Source of the DNA: a virus
Lineage: Duplodnaviria > Caudoviricetes
Length of the DNA: 47,908 nucleotides
Reading direction: 5' to 3' (one strand)
IMG/VR virus record: IMGVR_UViG_3300005837_000307
Span: 1 to 47,908 of that record
Shown here: positions 17,844 through 25,485 of the stretch, in pieces
How positions within the stretch are numbered: the first letter of the stretch is position 1
How the letters are laid out: each line of letters starts with the position of its first letter
Program-made: the position numbers and the translations under genes
Notes under the pieces: generated by a model
Databases searched by the model: none
Told to the model about the DNA's origin: nothing
What the model saw: only the letters and a program-made list of their open reading frames with translations

Positions 17844-18026
17844 ATGTTTGTAGTTCGTGATAATAAAGGCGATATGGTGTGTATCTGTTCACGTATAGAG
17901 GACACTGCGCCATACAGAAGTTCAATTAAGGATGATGAATATTACACTATTGAGGAGCATAAACCGTCTGCAGTGGATGATGCAGCCGATGTAATGAGCA
18001 AATATGAGGTAACTAGCGATGGCTAA
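17844..18026 (+). CDS. Hypothetical protein
   Basis: GAGG SD, tight packing. Confidence 0.65.
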   Translation: MFVVRDNKGDMVCICSRIEDTAPYRSSIKDDEYYTIEEHKPSAVDDAADVMSKYEVTSDG

Positions 18027-18198
18027 ACACTATCTATTCATACTATTCTTTATTGGATTGACAGCTTTGGCTGCATATCAAAGGATTAACTATGGAGTGG
18101 CTGATAATTGGGTATTATTCCTATTTGTGGGCTTATTCCTTCCGTTCACTTTTTCGGTGTCCTATATAACAGAATGGTCTAAAAAAAGATCAAATTAA
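18019..18198 (+). CDS. Small two-TM membrane protein (59 aa, MAKHYLFILFF...KKRSN), absent from the ORF track
   Basis: Read manually; GAGG SD and two hydrophobic segments. Confidence 0.65.
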   Translation: MAKHYLFILFFIGLTALAAYQRINYGVADNWVLFLFVGLFLPFTFSVSYITEWSKKRSN

Positions 18199-18240
18199 AT
18201 GAAAAAAACAGTTGACATTCGTTCTTAGATTGAATATAAT
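18181..18240 (+). promoter_or_regulatory. Sigma70-type early promoter with UP repeat
   Basis: AAAAAAAGATCAAATTAAATGAAAAAAACAG-TTGACA(18212)-N17-TATAAT(18235). Confidence 0.9.
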
Positions 18241-18269
18241 ATACATATAAATTAATTAAGGAGTTTGTT

Positions 18270-18560
18270 ATGACAGCATTTAATAAAGAAGATTTTACTT
18301 GGGACGGCATGTACTTGATGTATCGTGGACGTCACAGCAAATCCGTAAATATGGAAGTGGCACGTCCTAACTGTCACCCATCTTGGATTGGTAAGCCTCA
18401 GCCAGCTTTCATCGCAAGGTTCAAATATGGTTACAAGCCTTGGAAAGCGTGGGTTAACTTCTTAGTTAAAAATGTTACTGTTGAAGAATATCTTGATTTG
18501 GCCGCGGAAATTCATCCAAAGCCTGCGATGATAGCTCTTGGTTACAAAGGAAAGGTATAA
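18270..18560 (+). CDS. Early hypothetical protein
   Basis: AAGGAG SD; F.WDG.YL.Y and FIARFKY motifs. Confidence 0.8.
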   Translation: MTAFNKEDFTWDGMYLMYRGRHSKSVNMEVARPNCHPSWIGKPQPAFIARFKYGYKPWKAWVNFLVKNVTVEEYLDLAAEIHPKPAMIALGYKGKV

Positions 18561-18562
18561 TT

Positions 18563-18883
18563 ATGAGCAATACTTACTGGAACGGAAATGGTAAATTTCA
18601 AGATCTGGCCGATAAACTCACCGGCCAGATCCCAATGACCGGCGAAGCTAAAGATCGCCATATCGAACGTTTGCGTAAAGCTGTTAATGCTTACTACGAC
18701 GTTTACAACAACGGTGGCTGCAACCGCGGTCATTCAATCGGTAAGCACTTCCCAGGTGTGATGAAAATTCTGAACAATCGTTGGGGACCTACTGATTGGG
18801 ATACTGTTGAAAGAATCACTGAGCCAAAAATGGATGAAATCATTCTGAAAGTGGCTAAAGGAAAAGGTCTAATCGATGATTAA
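18563..18883 (+). CDS. Early hypothetical protein
   Basis: TYWN..GK.Q...L...IP..G...LR...N.YYD.YNNG..N, a recurrent phage family motif. Confidence 0.8.
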   Translation: MSNTYWNGNGKFQDLADKLTGQIPMTGEAKDRHIERLRKAVNAYYDVYNNGGCNRGHSIGKHFPGVMKILNNRWGPTDWDTVERITEPKMDEIILKVAKGKGLIDD

Positions 18884-19025
18884 AGAAATGTTTACTTTTT
18901 TAGATGATCTTCGTCTGAGTGGAAAGATCAATATGTGGGGAGCTCCAAAAGTTCTCGAAGAAGCATTTGATCTTTCTCCAGAAGAGGCGAAGCAAGTATT
19001 CATCAGATGGAAGGAGCAGTTCTAG
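18876..19025 (+). CDS. Small hypothetical protein (49 aa, MIKEMFTFLDDLRLSGKINMWGA...), absent from the ORF track
   Basis: Read manually; LD.LR.SG..NM.GA motif is recurrent in phage small proteins. Confidence 0.7.
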   Translation: MIKEMFTFLDDLRLSGKINMWGAPKVLEEAFDLSPEEAKQVFIRWKEQF

Positions 19026-19030
19026 TGAAG

Positions 19031-19273
19031 ATGACTCCAGTCCAGATCTTTGAATACAAGCAAAAATGGCTTAGCACTGGAGATGCTCTCTCAGTGCAGT
19101 ATCATTCTGACTGGAGAGGTCAAGCTATAGATTTTTGTAAGTCAAACTTTGAAAAGTATCAATGGTATCATTCAAAGTTTACTGGTGTTTATGAAGATAC
19201 TATGTACTTTGAACAAGCAGGCCATCATGAATTATTTGACGATTACATGAAAATAGTTCAAAAAAAGCCTTGA
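19031..19273 (+). CDS. Hypothetical protein
   Basis: MTP..IFEYK..W; stop codon lies inside the next -35 box. Confidence 0.7.
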   Translation: MTPVQIFEYKQKWLSTGDALSVQYHSDWRGQAIDFCKSNFEKYQWYHSKFTGVYEDTMYFEQAGHHELFDDYMKIVQKKP

Positions 19274-19298
19274 CATTTGTTCTTAAATGAAATATAAT
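19270..19298 (+). promoter_or_regulatory. Sigma70-type early promoter
   Basis: AAAAAAGCC-TTGACA-N17-TATAAT. Confidence 0.88.
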
Positions 19299-19333
19299 GT
19301 ACATATCAAATTAAATTTTAAAGGTATTTTGTT

Positions 19334-19555
19334 ATGGAAATTTTATCTCGCAGTGTTTGGATCAAAACATTCAATAAGTCTTTTGAGGCTGCAGTAGCTT
19401 CTAAAGAAAACCGTAACGATGATAACAGCATCAACTGGAATTTTGTTGAAGCTGACGTTTACATGGACGTTCTAAAACATGACGAAGCCGCAATCGTTCT
19501 TGCGGATCTGGCTGAAGCTTTCGACTCAGCCGCCGATGCTTACATAACTCAATAA
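19334..19555 (+). CDS. Early hypothetical protein
   Basis: AAGG SD; EN...D.SINWNFVEAD.YMD. Confidence 0.75.
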   Translation: MEILSRSVWIKTFNKSFEAAVASKENRNDDNSINWNFVEADVYMDVLKHDEAAIVLADLAEAFDSAADAYITQ

Positions 19556-19569
19556 AGAAAGGATTCATT

Positions 19570-19746
19570 ATGGATAACGAAAAGAATAAAGGCTCTGCCA
19601 TTGAACAGGAATTTGATGGCTTGGCCAACGACGGTTCTTCTGAACCAATGACTGATCTTGACTGGGCCGACAAGTTCGAGCTTGAGAAGGATTGTCCTAT
19701 CGACGTTTATCCCGAGACAAATAACTTAATTGAAGATAACAGTTGA
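19570..19746 (+). CDS. Small acidic protein (58 aa, MDNEKNKGSAIEQEFD...), absent from the ORF track
   Basis: Read manually; AAGGA SD; stop codon inside the next -35 box. Confidence 0.6.
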   Translation: MDNEKNKGSAIEQEFDGLANDGSSEPMTDLDWADKFELEKDCPIDVYPETNNLIEDNS

Positions 19747-19771
19747 CATTCATCTCCAGATGAATTACTAT
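19743..19771 (+). promoter_or_regulatory. Sigma70-type early promoter
   Basis: AACAG-TTGACA-N17-TACTAT. Confidence 0.7.
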
Positions 19772-19800
19772 TATATATAAATTAAAATTAAGGAAAAATT

Positions 19801-20013
19801 ATGAAAGTATCAAACACAAATATAGCTTGGTCTATTGTACTCTTCTTGGCAGTCGCACTTCTTGCAAAAACAAGCCTCGTAATGTTGTCAATTCCAGACG
19901 TAAAGTTCAGCCATTCAACTGGCGAATGTATTGGAGTTACAAACTATCTTGAATCTGATGCGTACACGTGTAGTGATCTTCCCGAAAAATATAATCACAT
20001 CTGGGTGAAGTAA
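19801..20013 (+). CDS. Membrane-anchored small protein
   Basis: N-terminal TM segment; PDV..S.ST.EC..V...C..LP.KY...WV. Confidence 0.75.
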   Translation: MKVSNTNIAWSIVLFLAVALLAKTSLVMLSIPDVKFSHSTGECIGVTNYLESDAYTCSDLPEKYNHIWVK

Positions 20014-20582
20014 TGAACGTATTTGTATTATCCGAATGCCCTATTGAATCAGCTCAAATGATGTGCGACAAGCACATACCAAAAATGGTTGTTGAATCCG
20101 CACAAATGCTTTCAACAGCTCATCGTATGCTTGATGGTACTCCTGAGCGTAGACGTTCTAAGTCAGGCAAAACAATGCAGCAATACTACACGTTTGGCGA
20201 CAACCGCGACGACATGTATTATCTTGCCGTACATAAGTACCACCCATGCACGACATGGACTATGGCCTCAGCCACAAACTATCAATGGCACTACAAACAC
20301 TTTCGTGCTTTGGCTGATGAATACACTTTCAGACGCGGCAAGGTTCACGCCACGTTTAAAAAGCTTGATAAGCTATTATCACAAACACCAAAAAATATAC
20401 CTGACATCGGTTTGACTGAATTTGCTCAGGCTATGAATCACTACCCGCAATGTAAAGTACCAGGTGATGCTGTTGCAGCATATCGTAATTACTATCACGA
20501 AGCAAAACCTTTTGCTAAGTGGGATTGGGGTAGACCTGCACCGCTGTGGTGGGAAGGCTATAGAGGAGAAGCAGCAGCATGA
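20013..20582 (+). CDS. Pyrimidine-dimer DNA glycosylase / endonuclease V-like protein
   Basis: MN.F.L...P...AQ..CDKH..KM..ESAQMLSTAHR, HPCT.W, NY.W.Y.HF.AL..EY..R, AYR.YY. Confidence 0.8.
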   Translation: MNVFVLSECPIESAQMMCDKHIPKMVVESAQMLSTAHRMLDGTPERRRSKSGKTMQQYYTFGDNRDDMYYLAVHKYHPCTTWTMASATNYQWHYKHFRALADEYTFRRGKVHATFKKLDKLLSQTPKNIPDIGLTEFAQAMNHYPQCKVPGDAVAAYRNYYHEAKPFAKWDWGRPAPLWWEGYRGEAAA

Positions 20583-20773
20583 GCACAGAACTCTGGTTAT
20601 TAACCACGGCAGTAATATTTACATTTGTAGGAAGATGGATGGAAGCTTCATCAGCTCGCGACGATATTCACAAAGTAATCGAAGCAACCATTGACCGCCT
20701 GATTGAGGATGGATTCGTAAAAACCAGGCTTGATGAAAACGGTCAAGTAGAGCTGGTAAGGTATGATGACTGA
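20579..20773 (+). CDS. Small membrane-anchored hypothetical protein
   Basis: GAGGAG SD, N-terminal hydrophobic helix. Confidence 0.65.
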   Translation: MSTELWLLTTAVIFTFVGRWMEASSARDDIHKVIEATIDRLIEDGFVKTRLDENGQVELVRYDD

Positions 20774-21134
20774 AGAATTTGTTGAGAAGTACATCATAAT
20801 AGATCCGGAAGAAGGCATATTTTTGGGCACAGCAAAAAACGAAGAGATGTCGTTTATGGACGACGATCCTACAGACAATCGCTTAATTGCTCTATTCTCA
20901 TCTCTCAATCCTCTTGAAATTACCAAAGCTGTTGGATTTTTTGATAGGACCGATGCTGAAGAATATTGGAGAATCTATCTCAAAAGAAGATGCCCAAAGG
21001 CATTCATCGCTCCAATAATGGATAACACAAAAGGTCCGTATGCAGACGTAGTAAACATAGTAAAATCTGGATATGGAAAATACGCATGGGATTTGATTGA
21101 TTGTTTGCCAATGCAATCTGATCTCGAGCACTAA
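20763..21134 (+). CDS. Hypothetical protein
   Basis: 123-aa ORF in operon context. Confidence 0.7.
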   Translation: MMTEEFVEKYIIIDPEEGIFLGTAKNEEMSFMDDDPTDNRLIALFSSLNPLEITKAVGFFDRTDAEEYWRIYLKRRCPKAFIAPIMDNTKGPYADVVNIVKSGYGKYAWDLIDCLPMQSDLEH

Positions 21135-21205
21135 TCTCAAAATAAGCCATATATTAAAACGTTATAAAAAACTTTGTTTTTATAACAAAAAGTTCTAAAA
21201 AACTG

Positions 21206-21234
21206 TTGACATTTGTTTTGAGATGATGTATAAT
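21206..21234 (+). promoter_or_regulatory. Sigma70-type early promoter, preceded by an AT-rich inverted repeat (21161-21186)
   Basis: TTGACA-N17-TATAAT; GTTATAAAAA...TTTTTATAAC. Confidence 0.88.
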
Positions 21235-21260
21235 TATCTTATAAATTAATGGAGTATGTT

Positions 21261-21560
21261 ATGAACACAGTTGAATTTTGGAAAAAAGCTAGTCTTTCTC
21301 ACGTCGAGAATCTCATCAAGTCATACGACAAGTATGTCGCCGAGGCTAGCGATTCATTTAAAGACATGTATGCCGACGATCAGGCCGACTTCAAAAAAGC
21401 AGTAAAGTGCTTCCGTGAAGCTGATGACGTCGCTCTTTCTAAGCTCGTTGATTACATGGACACCTCTCCTCGTGAAGAGTTAATAGTAGCCTTTGCTGAA
21501 GATCTTGGCAAACAATGGGTTGAACTTACTCTTGGATACGAGGTTACCGGTGGAATTTAA
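21261..21560 (+). CDS. Early hypothetical protein
   Basis: GGAG SD before ATG 21261. Confidence 0.75.
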   Translation: MNTVEFWKKASLSHVENLIKSYDKYVAEASDSFKDMYADDQADFKKAVKCFREADDVALSKLVDYMDTSPREELIVAFAEDLGKQWVELTLGYEVTGGI

Positions 21561-22008
21561 TCCTACCTTTACACCATATGAGATGCTCGAACTGGGCATC
21601 TTTGATGGTTCATATTACCTAGACACTAATCCAGATTTTGATCGAAAGCCTATCATTACAAAGAAAAATTTGTTTATGGAAGGCGCTTCTCAGCCTCTGG
21701 AGGTGTGGCAAGACCGTGGCTGGATCACTCCAGAAGACCCGATGGGATGGTTCCAGTGGTACCTACGATACTACCAAGGCCGAAGAATTGAAGCTCTAGA
21801 TGCACACCAGATTAAACGCTGGAGGTCATTTGGAGCAAGGCATGGAGCGCAAGTAAAAAAGCACGGAAATGGTGATCTTTCTAAGCGTAGAAAACAGCGA
21901 CAAGCTCTACTCCACTGGGGATTTGATCCAATTCCTGATATCGATGTTGAAAATAAATTTGAATTTTTATTAAATAAAATCAAAAAAACAGTTGACATTT
22001 GTTCTTAA
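21550..22008 (+). CDS. Conserved Trp-rich hypothetical protein
   Basis: GTG start after GAGG; P..TP.EML.LG.F.G.Y, W...GWI...DP.GWFQWY.RYY.GRR....D..QI.RW, RQAL.HW. Confidence 0.8.
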   Translation: MEFNPTFTPYEMLELGIFDGSYYLDTNPDFDRKPIITKKNLFMEGASQPLEVWQDRGWITPEDPMGWFQWYLRYYQGRRIEALDAHQIKRWRSFGARHGAQVKKHGNGDLSKRRKQRQALLHWGFDPIPDIDVENKFEFLLNKIKKTVDICS

Positions 22009-22020
22009 ACCGAATATAAT
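21985..22020 (+). promoter_or_regulatory. Sigma70-type early promoter (repeat copy A)
   Basis: AAAACAGTTGACATTTGTTCTTAAACCGAATATAAT. Confidence 0.9.
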
Positions 22021-22055
22021 TACTATATCAAATCAAATATTAAAGGAAGTTTGTT

Positions 22056-22433
22056 ATGGGTACACGTTCAATGATTGGAATTTTAAGAGAAGATACTGGC
22101 ATGGTTGAAGCTAGCTATTGTCACTATGACGGCTATCTTGAAGGTGTTGGTGATACTTTATTAGATAACTACAACACTGACGAAACCGCAGACAAGGTCG
22201 CAACAGGTGGCTATCTATCTTCCCTTACTTCAGATTACGAAGCTTCAAAAGATGCTTCAGTAAATGACGATCCAGCTGAGCTGTTCTTCGATAAAGATGT
22301 ATATGAAAAGTCCGATAACTGGGGCGCTGAATATCTTTACTTGTGGGATGGAACTCAATGGCTCGTTAACAAGGTCTACGGTGAAGAGGTAGGCTTCAAA
22401 CCACTTGCAACATACATGCAAAAAGTTGCATAA
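22056..22433 (+). CDS. Early hypothetical protein
   Basis: M.TRS.IG...YCH.DGY...VG..L...Y and EY.YLW.G..W, a widespread phage family motif. Confidence 0.8.
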   Translation: MGTRSMIGILREDTGMVEASYCHYDGYLEGVGDTLLDNYNTDETADKVATGGYLSSLTSDYEASKDASVNDDPAELFFDKDVYEKSDNWGAEYLYLWDGTQWLVNKVYGEEVGFKPLATYMQKVA

Positions 22434-22467
22434 AACAGTTGACATTCGTTCTTAAACCGAATATAAT
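22432..22467 (+). promoter_or_regulatory. Sigma70-type early promoter (repeat copy B)
   Basis: AAAACAGTTGACATTCGTTCTTAAACCGAATATAAT, 35/36 identical to copy A. Confidence 0.9.
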
Positions 22468-22496
22468 CGTATAGTAAATTGAAAAAGGGTTACGTT

Positions 22497-22685
22497 ATGA
22501 AAATCGAAAATGTTAAAGAAAAGATGGACGCAATTAGTGAAGCACAAGGTGCGATTGCCTCAGTTGAAAGCATTGCCTCTTACACTTTCAGTCCGGCTGT
22601 AAAACGACTTCTTGCAGAGTTAAAAATGGATCTATTCGACATCTTAGATGCTGAAGATCCTATGAGTCAACCTGCAAATTTTTAA
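22497..22685 (+). CDS. Early hypothetical protein
   Basis: AAGGG SD before ATG 22497. Confidence 0.7.
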   Translation: MKIENVKEKMDAISEAQGAIASVESIASYTFSPAVKRLLAELKMDLFDILDAEDPMSQPANF

Positions 22686-22693
22686 AAAAACAG

Positions 22694-22722
22694 TTGACAT
22701 TCGCTCTTAAAAGATATATAAT
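22694..22722 (+). promoter_or_regulatory. Sigma70-type early promoter
   Basis: AAAAAAACAG-TTGACA-N17-TATAAT. Confidence 0.9.
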
Positions 22723-22757
22723 TATCTTATCAAATGGAAAACTAAGGAAACTACATT

Positions 22758-23717
22758 ATGGCACATGAACTTGAAATGATAAATGGCGTAGCCCAAATGG
22801 CTTATCGCGAATCAAACGGTCTACCTTGGCACGGCCTCGGTACTCCAGTATCGGACGACATGACTCCACGGGAAATGCAAATTGCTGCAGGTCTTGACTG
22901 GGAAGTTGAAAAGATCGATACTTTATTTCGCCACAAAGGCGATACACATGCAACTGGTCAACAAGCTTTGGTACGTTCTACCGATTCAAAAGTGTTGACA
23001 CACGTGGGCAAAGGCTGGAATCCAGTACAAAACTCCGAAGCTTTCGACTTCTTTACTGACTTCGTAAGTGCAGGTGACATGGTAATGGATACCGCCGGTT
23101 CATTGAAAGATGGACAAATCGTATGGGCATTGGCTGACGTTAAAGACGGCTTCTCATTGTTCAATGGTGATGAAGTGAAAGGTTATATGCTTTTCTCTAA
23201 TCCGCACCAGTACGGTAAAGCAATTGATGTGAAGTTTGTAATGGAACGAGTTGTTTGTAACAATACTTTGGCAGTAGCTCTTAATGAGCGTAATCAGCCA
23301 TCTATTCGTATCAATCACCGTTCTAAATTCAACGCTGACGTTGTTAAAGAAGCACTTGGTCTTTCTCATAATAAGATCGAAAAATTCAAAGATGCTGCAG
23401 AGTTTCTTGGCTCTAAACAGTACAAGGATCAACAAGCACTTGAACGCTTCATGGGTAAAGTTTTTGGAACTTCTACTCGAGAAGATAAGGTCTTATCACG
23501 AACTGCAGAGCAGGCAATGGAATATGTTGAGAACCAACCAGGTGATCACTTCCGTCCTGGCTCTTGGTGGAATGCATACAATGCAGTAACATACATGGCA
23601 GATCACAAACTATGTCGTTCAGCGGATACTCGTATGACCTCAGCATGGTTTGGTGGCAACGCTAATCGTAAGGTTAAGGCATTGGACATTGCAATTGAAA
23701 TGGCTGAAGCTGCTTAA
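22758..23717 (+). CDS. DUF932/DUF945-family phage/plasmid protein
   Basis: MAHE, PWHGLG, AGLDWEV, PVQN.EAF.FF, TAGSL..G..VW.LA, RVVC.NTL..AL, W.AYNAVT...DH. Confidence 0.88.
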   Translation: MAHELEMINGVAQMAYRESNGLPWHGLGTPVSDDMTPREMQIAAGLDWEVEKIDTLFRHKGDTHATGQQALVRSTDSKVLTHVGKGWNPVQNSEAFDFFTDFVSAGDMVMDTAGSLKDGQIVWALADVKDGFSLFNGDEVKGYMLFSNPHQYGKAIDVKFVMERVVCNNTLAVALNERNQPSIRINHRSKFNADVVKEALGLSHNKIEKFKDAAEFLGSKQYKDQQALERFMGKVFGTSTREDKVLSRTAEQAMEYVENQPGDHFRPGSWWNAYNAVTYMADHKLCRSADTRMTSAWFGGNANRKVKALDIAIEMAEAA

Positions 23718-23729
23718 TTCCCCTCTATT

Positions 23730-23753
23730 GGGAGCCTTCGGGCTCCCTTTTTT
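23730..23753 (+). terminator. Rho-independent terminator with cUUCGg loop
   Basis: GGGAGCC-TTCG-GGCTCCC-TTTTTT. Confidence 0.95.
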
Positions 23754-23778
23754 ACATCAACTTAAGGAGGATTGTTGA

Positions 23779-24240
23779 GTGAAAATATTAGTTTTTGGTT
23801 TGCCAGGTAGTGGAAAAACTACTTTAGCAAAACCGTTAGCTGGACTTCTTGACGCTGTTCATATTAACGCAGATGAAGTTCGTAAGCATTACGACGATTG
23901 GGATTTTAGTCCCGAAGGTCGTATGAGACAAGCAAATCGTATGCGACATTTAAGTGATGGCGCAGCACTATCAGGTAAGATTGTTGTTACCGATTTTGTT
24001 TGTCCTACCGAAGAAGCTCGTAAAGCGTTTGATCCAGACTTTACTGTTTGGATGGATACTATTAAAGAAGGTCGCTTTGAAGATACAAACAAAGTATTTG
24101 AAGCGCCACCAAAGTGTGATTATCACGTATCAAAATGGTTTGATGATACACACTCAACTTTAATGGAAGTCATTACGGCTTGGATGAAGAATAATCCACA
24201 GCTTGAATTTACTTTGAAAGCTGAAAGGTGGCAAAGTTAA
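23779..24240 (+). CDS. Adenylylsulfate (APS) kinase-like P-loop kinase
   Basis: GLPGSGKTTLA, NAD.VR, DFS.EGR..QA.R, DF.CP....R, FEAP; AAGGAGG SD with GTG start. Confidence 0.75.
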   Translation: MKILVFGLPGSGKTTLAKPLAGLLDAVHINADEVRKHYDDWDFSPEGRMRQANRMRHLSDGAALSGKIVVTDFVCPTEEARKAFDPDFTVWMDTIKEGRFEDTNKVFEAPPKCDYHVSKWFDDTHSTLMEVITAWMKNNPQLEFTLKAERWQS

Positions 24241-24461
24241 TGGAGACTGAATCAGTAAGACCGATTCGGCATTTGACAAAAGCAGTAACTTGGCGTATAA
24301 TAGCTAGTATAACCACAGCAATTATTGCTTGGTATTTTGGTTTACCGCCTAAAGCGGTTGGAATGGTCTTCATTGCAGATCTCATTATTAAATTTGTTTT
24401 GTACTACGGCCATGAAAGATTATGGTATAAGTATATTAAAATAGGTTTAAATAGGAGATAA
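24240..24461 (+). CDS. DUF2061-like small membrane protein
   Basis: RH..KA.TWR..AS..T..I and K..LYY.HER.W..I. Confidence 0.8.
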   Translation: METESVRPIRHLTKAVTWRIIASITTAIIAWYFGLPPKAVGMVFIADLIIKFVLYYGHERLWYKYIKIGLNRR

Positions 24462-24462
24462 A

Positions 24463-24894
24463 ATGATAGAAAGAGAATTTTTTGATTATCAGAAGCCCAC
24501 AGTTCAAATGCTTGGGCGTTGGCAACCTTGGCATGATGGCCATACAGCACTGTTCAAACGTGCCTTAGAAGTCACAGGACAGGTTGCTATAATGGTTCGT
24601 GACGTAGGTGGTATTGTTAATAAAGATGCCGGTGCTGGACGAACTCAAACACAAGATGATAATCCGTTTGGTGAGATTCAAGTTGTTGAAGCTATTGAGA
24701 GCGGATTGCGTAAAGAAGGATATGAAAATGGATACGAATATATTATACTATGTGTTCCCAATATCGTTGATATTTCTTACGGTCGCGGTGTTGGCTATAC
24801 ATTTACTGAGCATGATCTCGGAAAGGAGATCCATGATATCTCAGCAACTAAAATCAGGGCCCAGCTCCGAAAAGACGGAAAGCTTAAAAATTAA
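24463..24894 (+). CDS. HIGH-superfamily nucleotidyltransferase
   Basis: MLGRWQPWHDGH, VPNI..I.YGRGVGY, ISATKIR. Confidence 0.8.
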   Translation: MIEREFFDYQKPTVQMLGRWQPWHDGHTALFKRALEVTGQVAIMVRDVGGIVNKDAGAGRTQTQDDNPFGEIQVVEAIESGLRKEGYENGYEYIILCVPNIVDISYGRGVGYTFTEHDLGKEIHDISATKIRAQLRKDGKLKN

Positions 24895-24973
24895 AATACA
24901 CGAAGGTGATAAATCTCACCACCGTAAACATTCTGGCATTTACGAAGATTTATGCCATTAACCAGGAGAAGGA

Positions 24974-25111
24974 ATGAACAAGGAAGAGTCTGTTCTTGAA
25001 AAACTGACTGAGATACACCCAATAAGGCAGGCAGCTTATGCCTCTGTTATTCAAATAGTCGTATTGGGTTTTATGTTTGGAACGATGGCATTAATTAACA
25101 TGTTTTTATAA
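24974..25111 (+). CDS. Small membrane protein (45 aa), absent from the ORF track
   Basis: Read manually; AGGAG SD and C-terminal TM helix. Confidence 0.6.
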   Translation: MNKEESVLEKLTEIHPIRQAAYASVIQIVVLGFMFGTMALINMFL

Positions 25112-25127
25112 TGATAAGGAGTACAAT

Positions 25128-25421
25128 ATGAGTGATGATTCACTACCAACAATTATTACCGAAAAGAATCGAACACAAATTCAAAATGCTTTGAAGGAAA
25201 TGTCGAACTCAATGGTAAGAGTTGAAGCCGAAAAAGACCACATGAAAGCAATTGCTGAGAAAATTCTCGAAGATTGTTTGGTCCCAAAGAAAGATTTCAA
25301 TAAACTAGCACGTATCTATCATGCTTCTAACTTAGCACAAGAAGCCGCTAAGAGTGAAGAGTTTATGCAATTTGCTGAAGCTGTGTTGGAACCTGTAAAA
25401 GGAATTGAACAGCAAGACTAA
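25128..25421 (+). CDS. dsbA: Double-stranded DNA-binding protein (T4 DsbA-like)
   Basis: LKE.S....R.E...D..K.I.......V..K.FNKLA..YH..N pattern resembles T4 DsbA. Confidence 0.7.
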   Translation: MSDDSLPTIITEKNRTQIQNALKEMSNSMVRVEAEKDHMKAIAEKILEDCLVPKKDFNKLARIYHASNLAQEAAKSEEFMQFAEAVLEPVKGIEQQD

Positions 25422-25443
25422 CAACTCTTGTTTCGATAAATAG

Positions 25444-25469
25444 AAGGAGGGCTAATGCTCTCCTTTTTT
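25444..25469 (+). terminator. Intrinsic terminator
   Basis: AAGGAGGGC-TAAT-GCTCTCCTT followed by a T-run. Confidence 0.8.
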
Positions 25470-25485
25470 ATTTTATGGAGTTCAA

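Noticed and set aside
16500-22760. Regularly recurring repeats considered as a CRISPR array or integron attC sites
   Set aside because: The repeats are -35/-10 promoters separated by whole genes of variable length; no attC-like palindromes, cas genes or integrase are present
24608-24961. 117-aa alternative-frame ORF overlapping the nucleotidyltransferase
   Set aside because: It mostly overlaps a motif-bearing gene, has no convincing RBS, and no frameshift signal was identified
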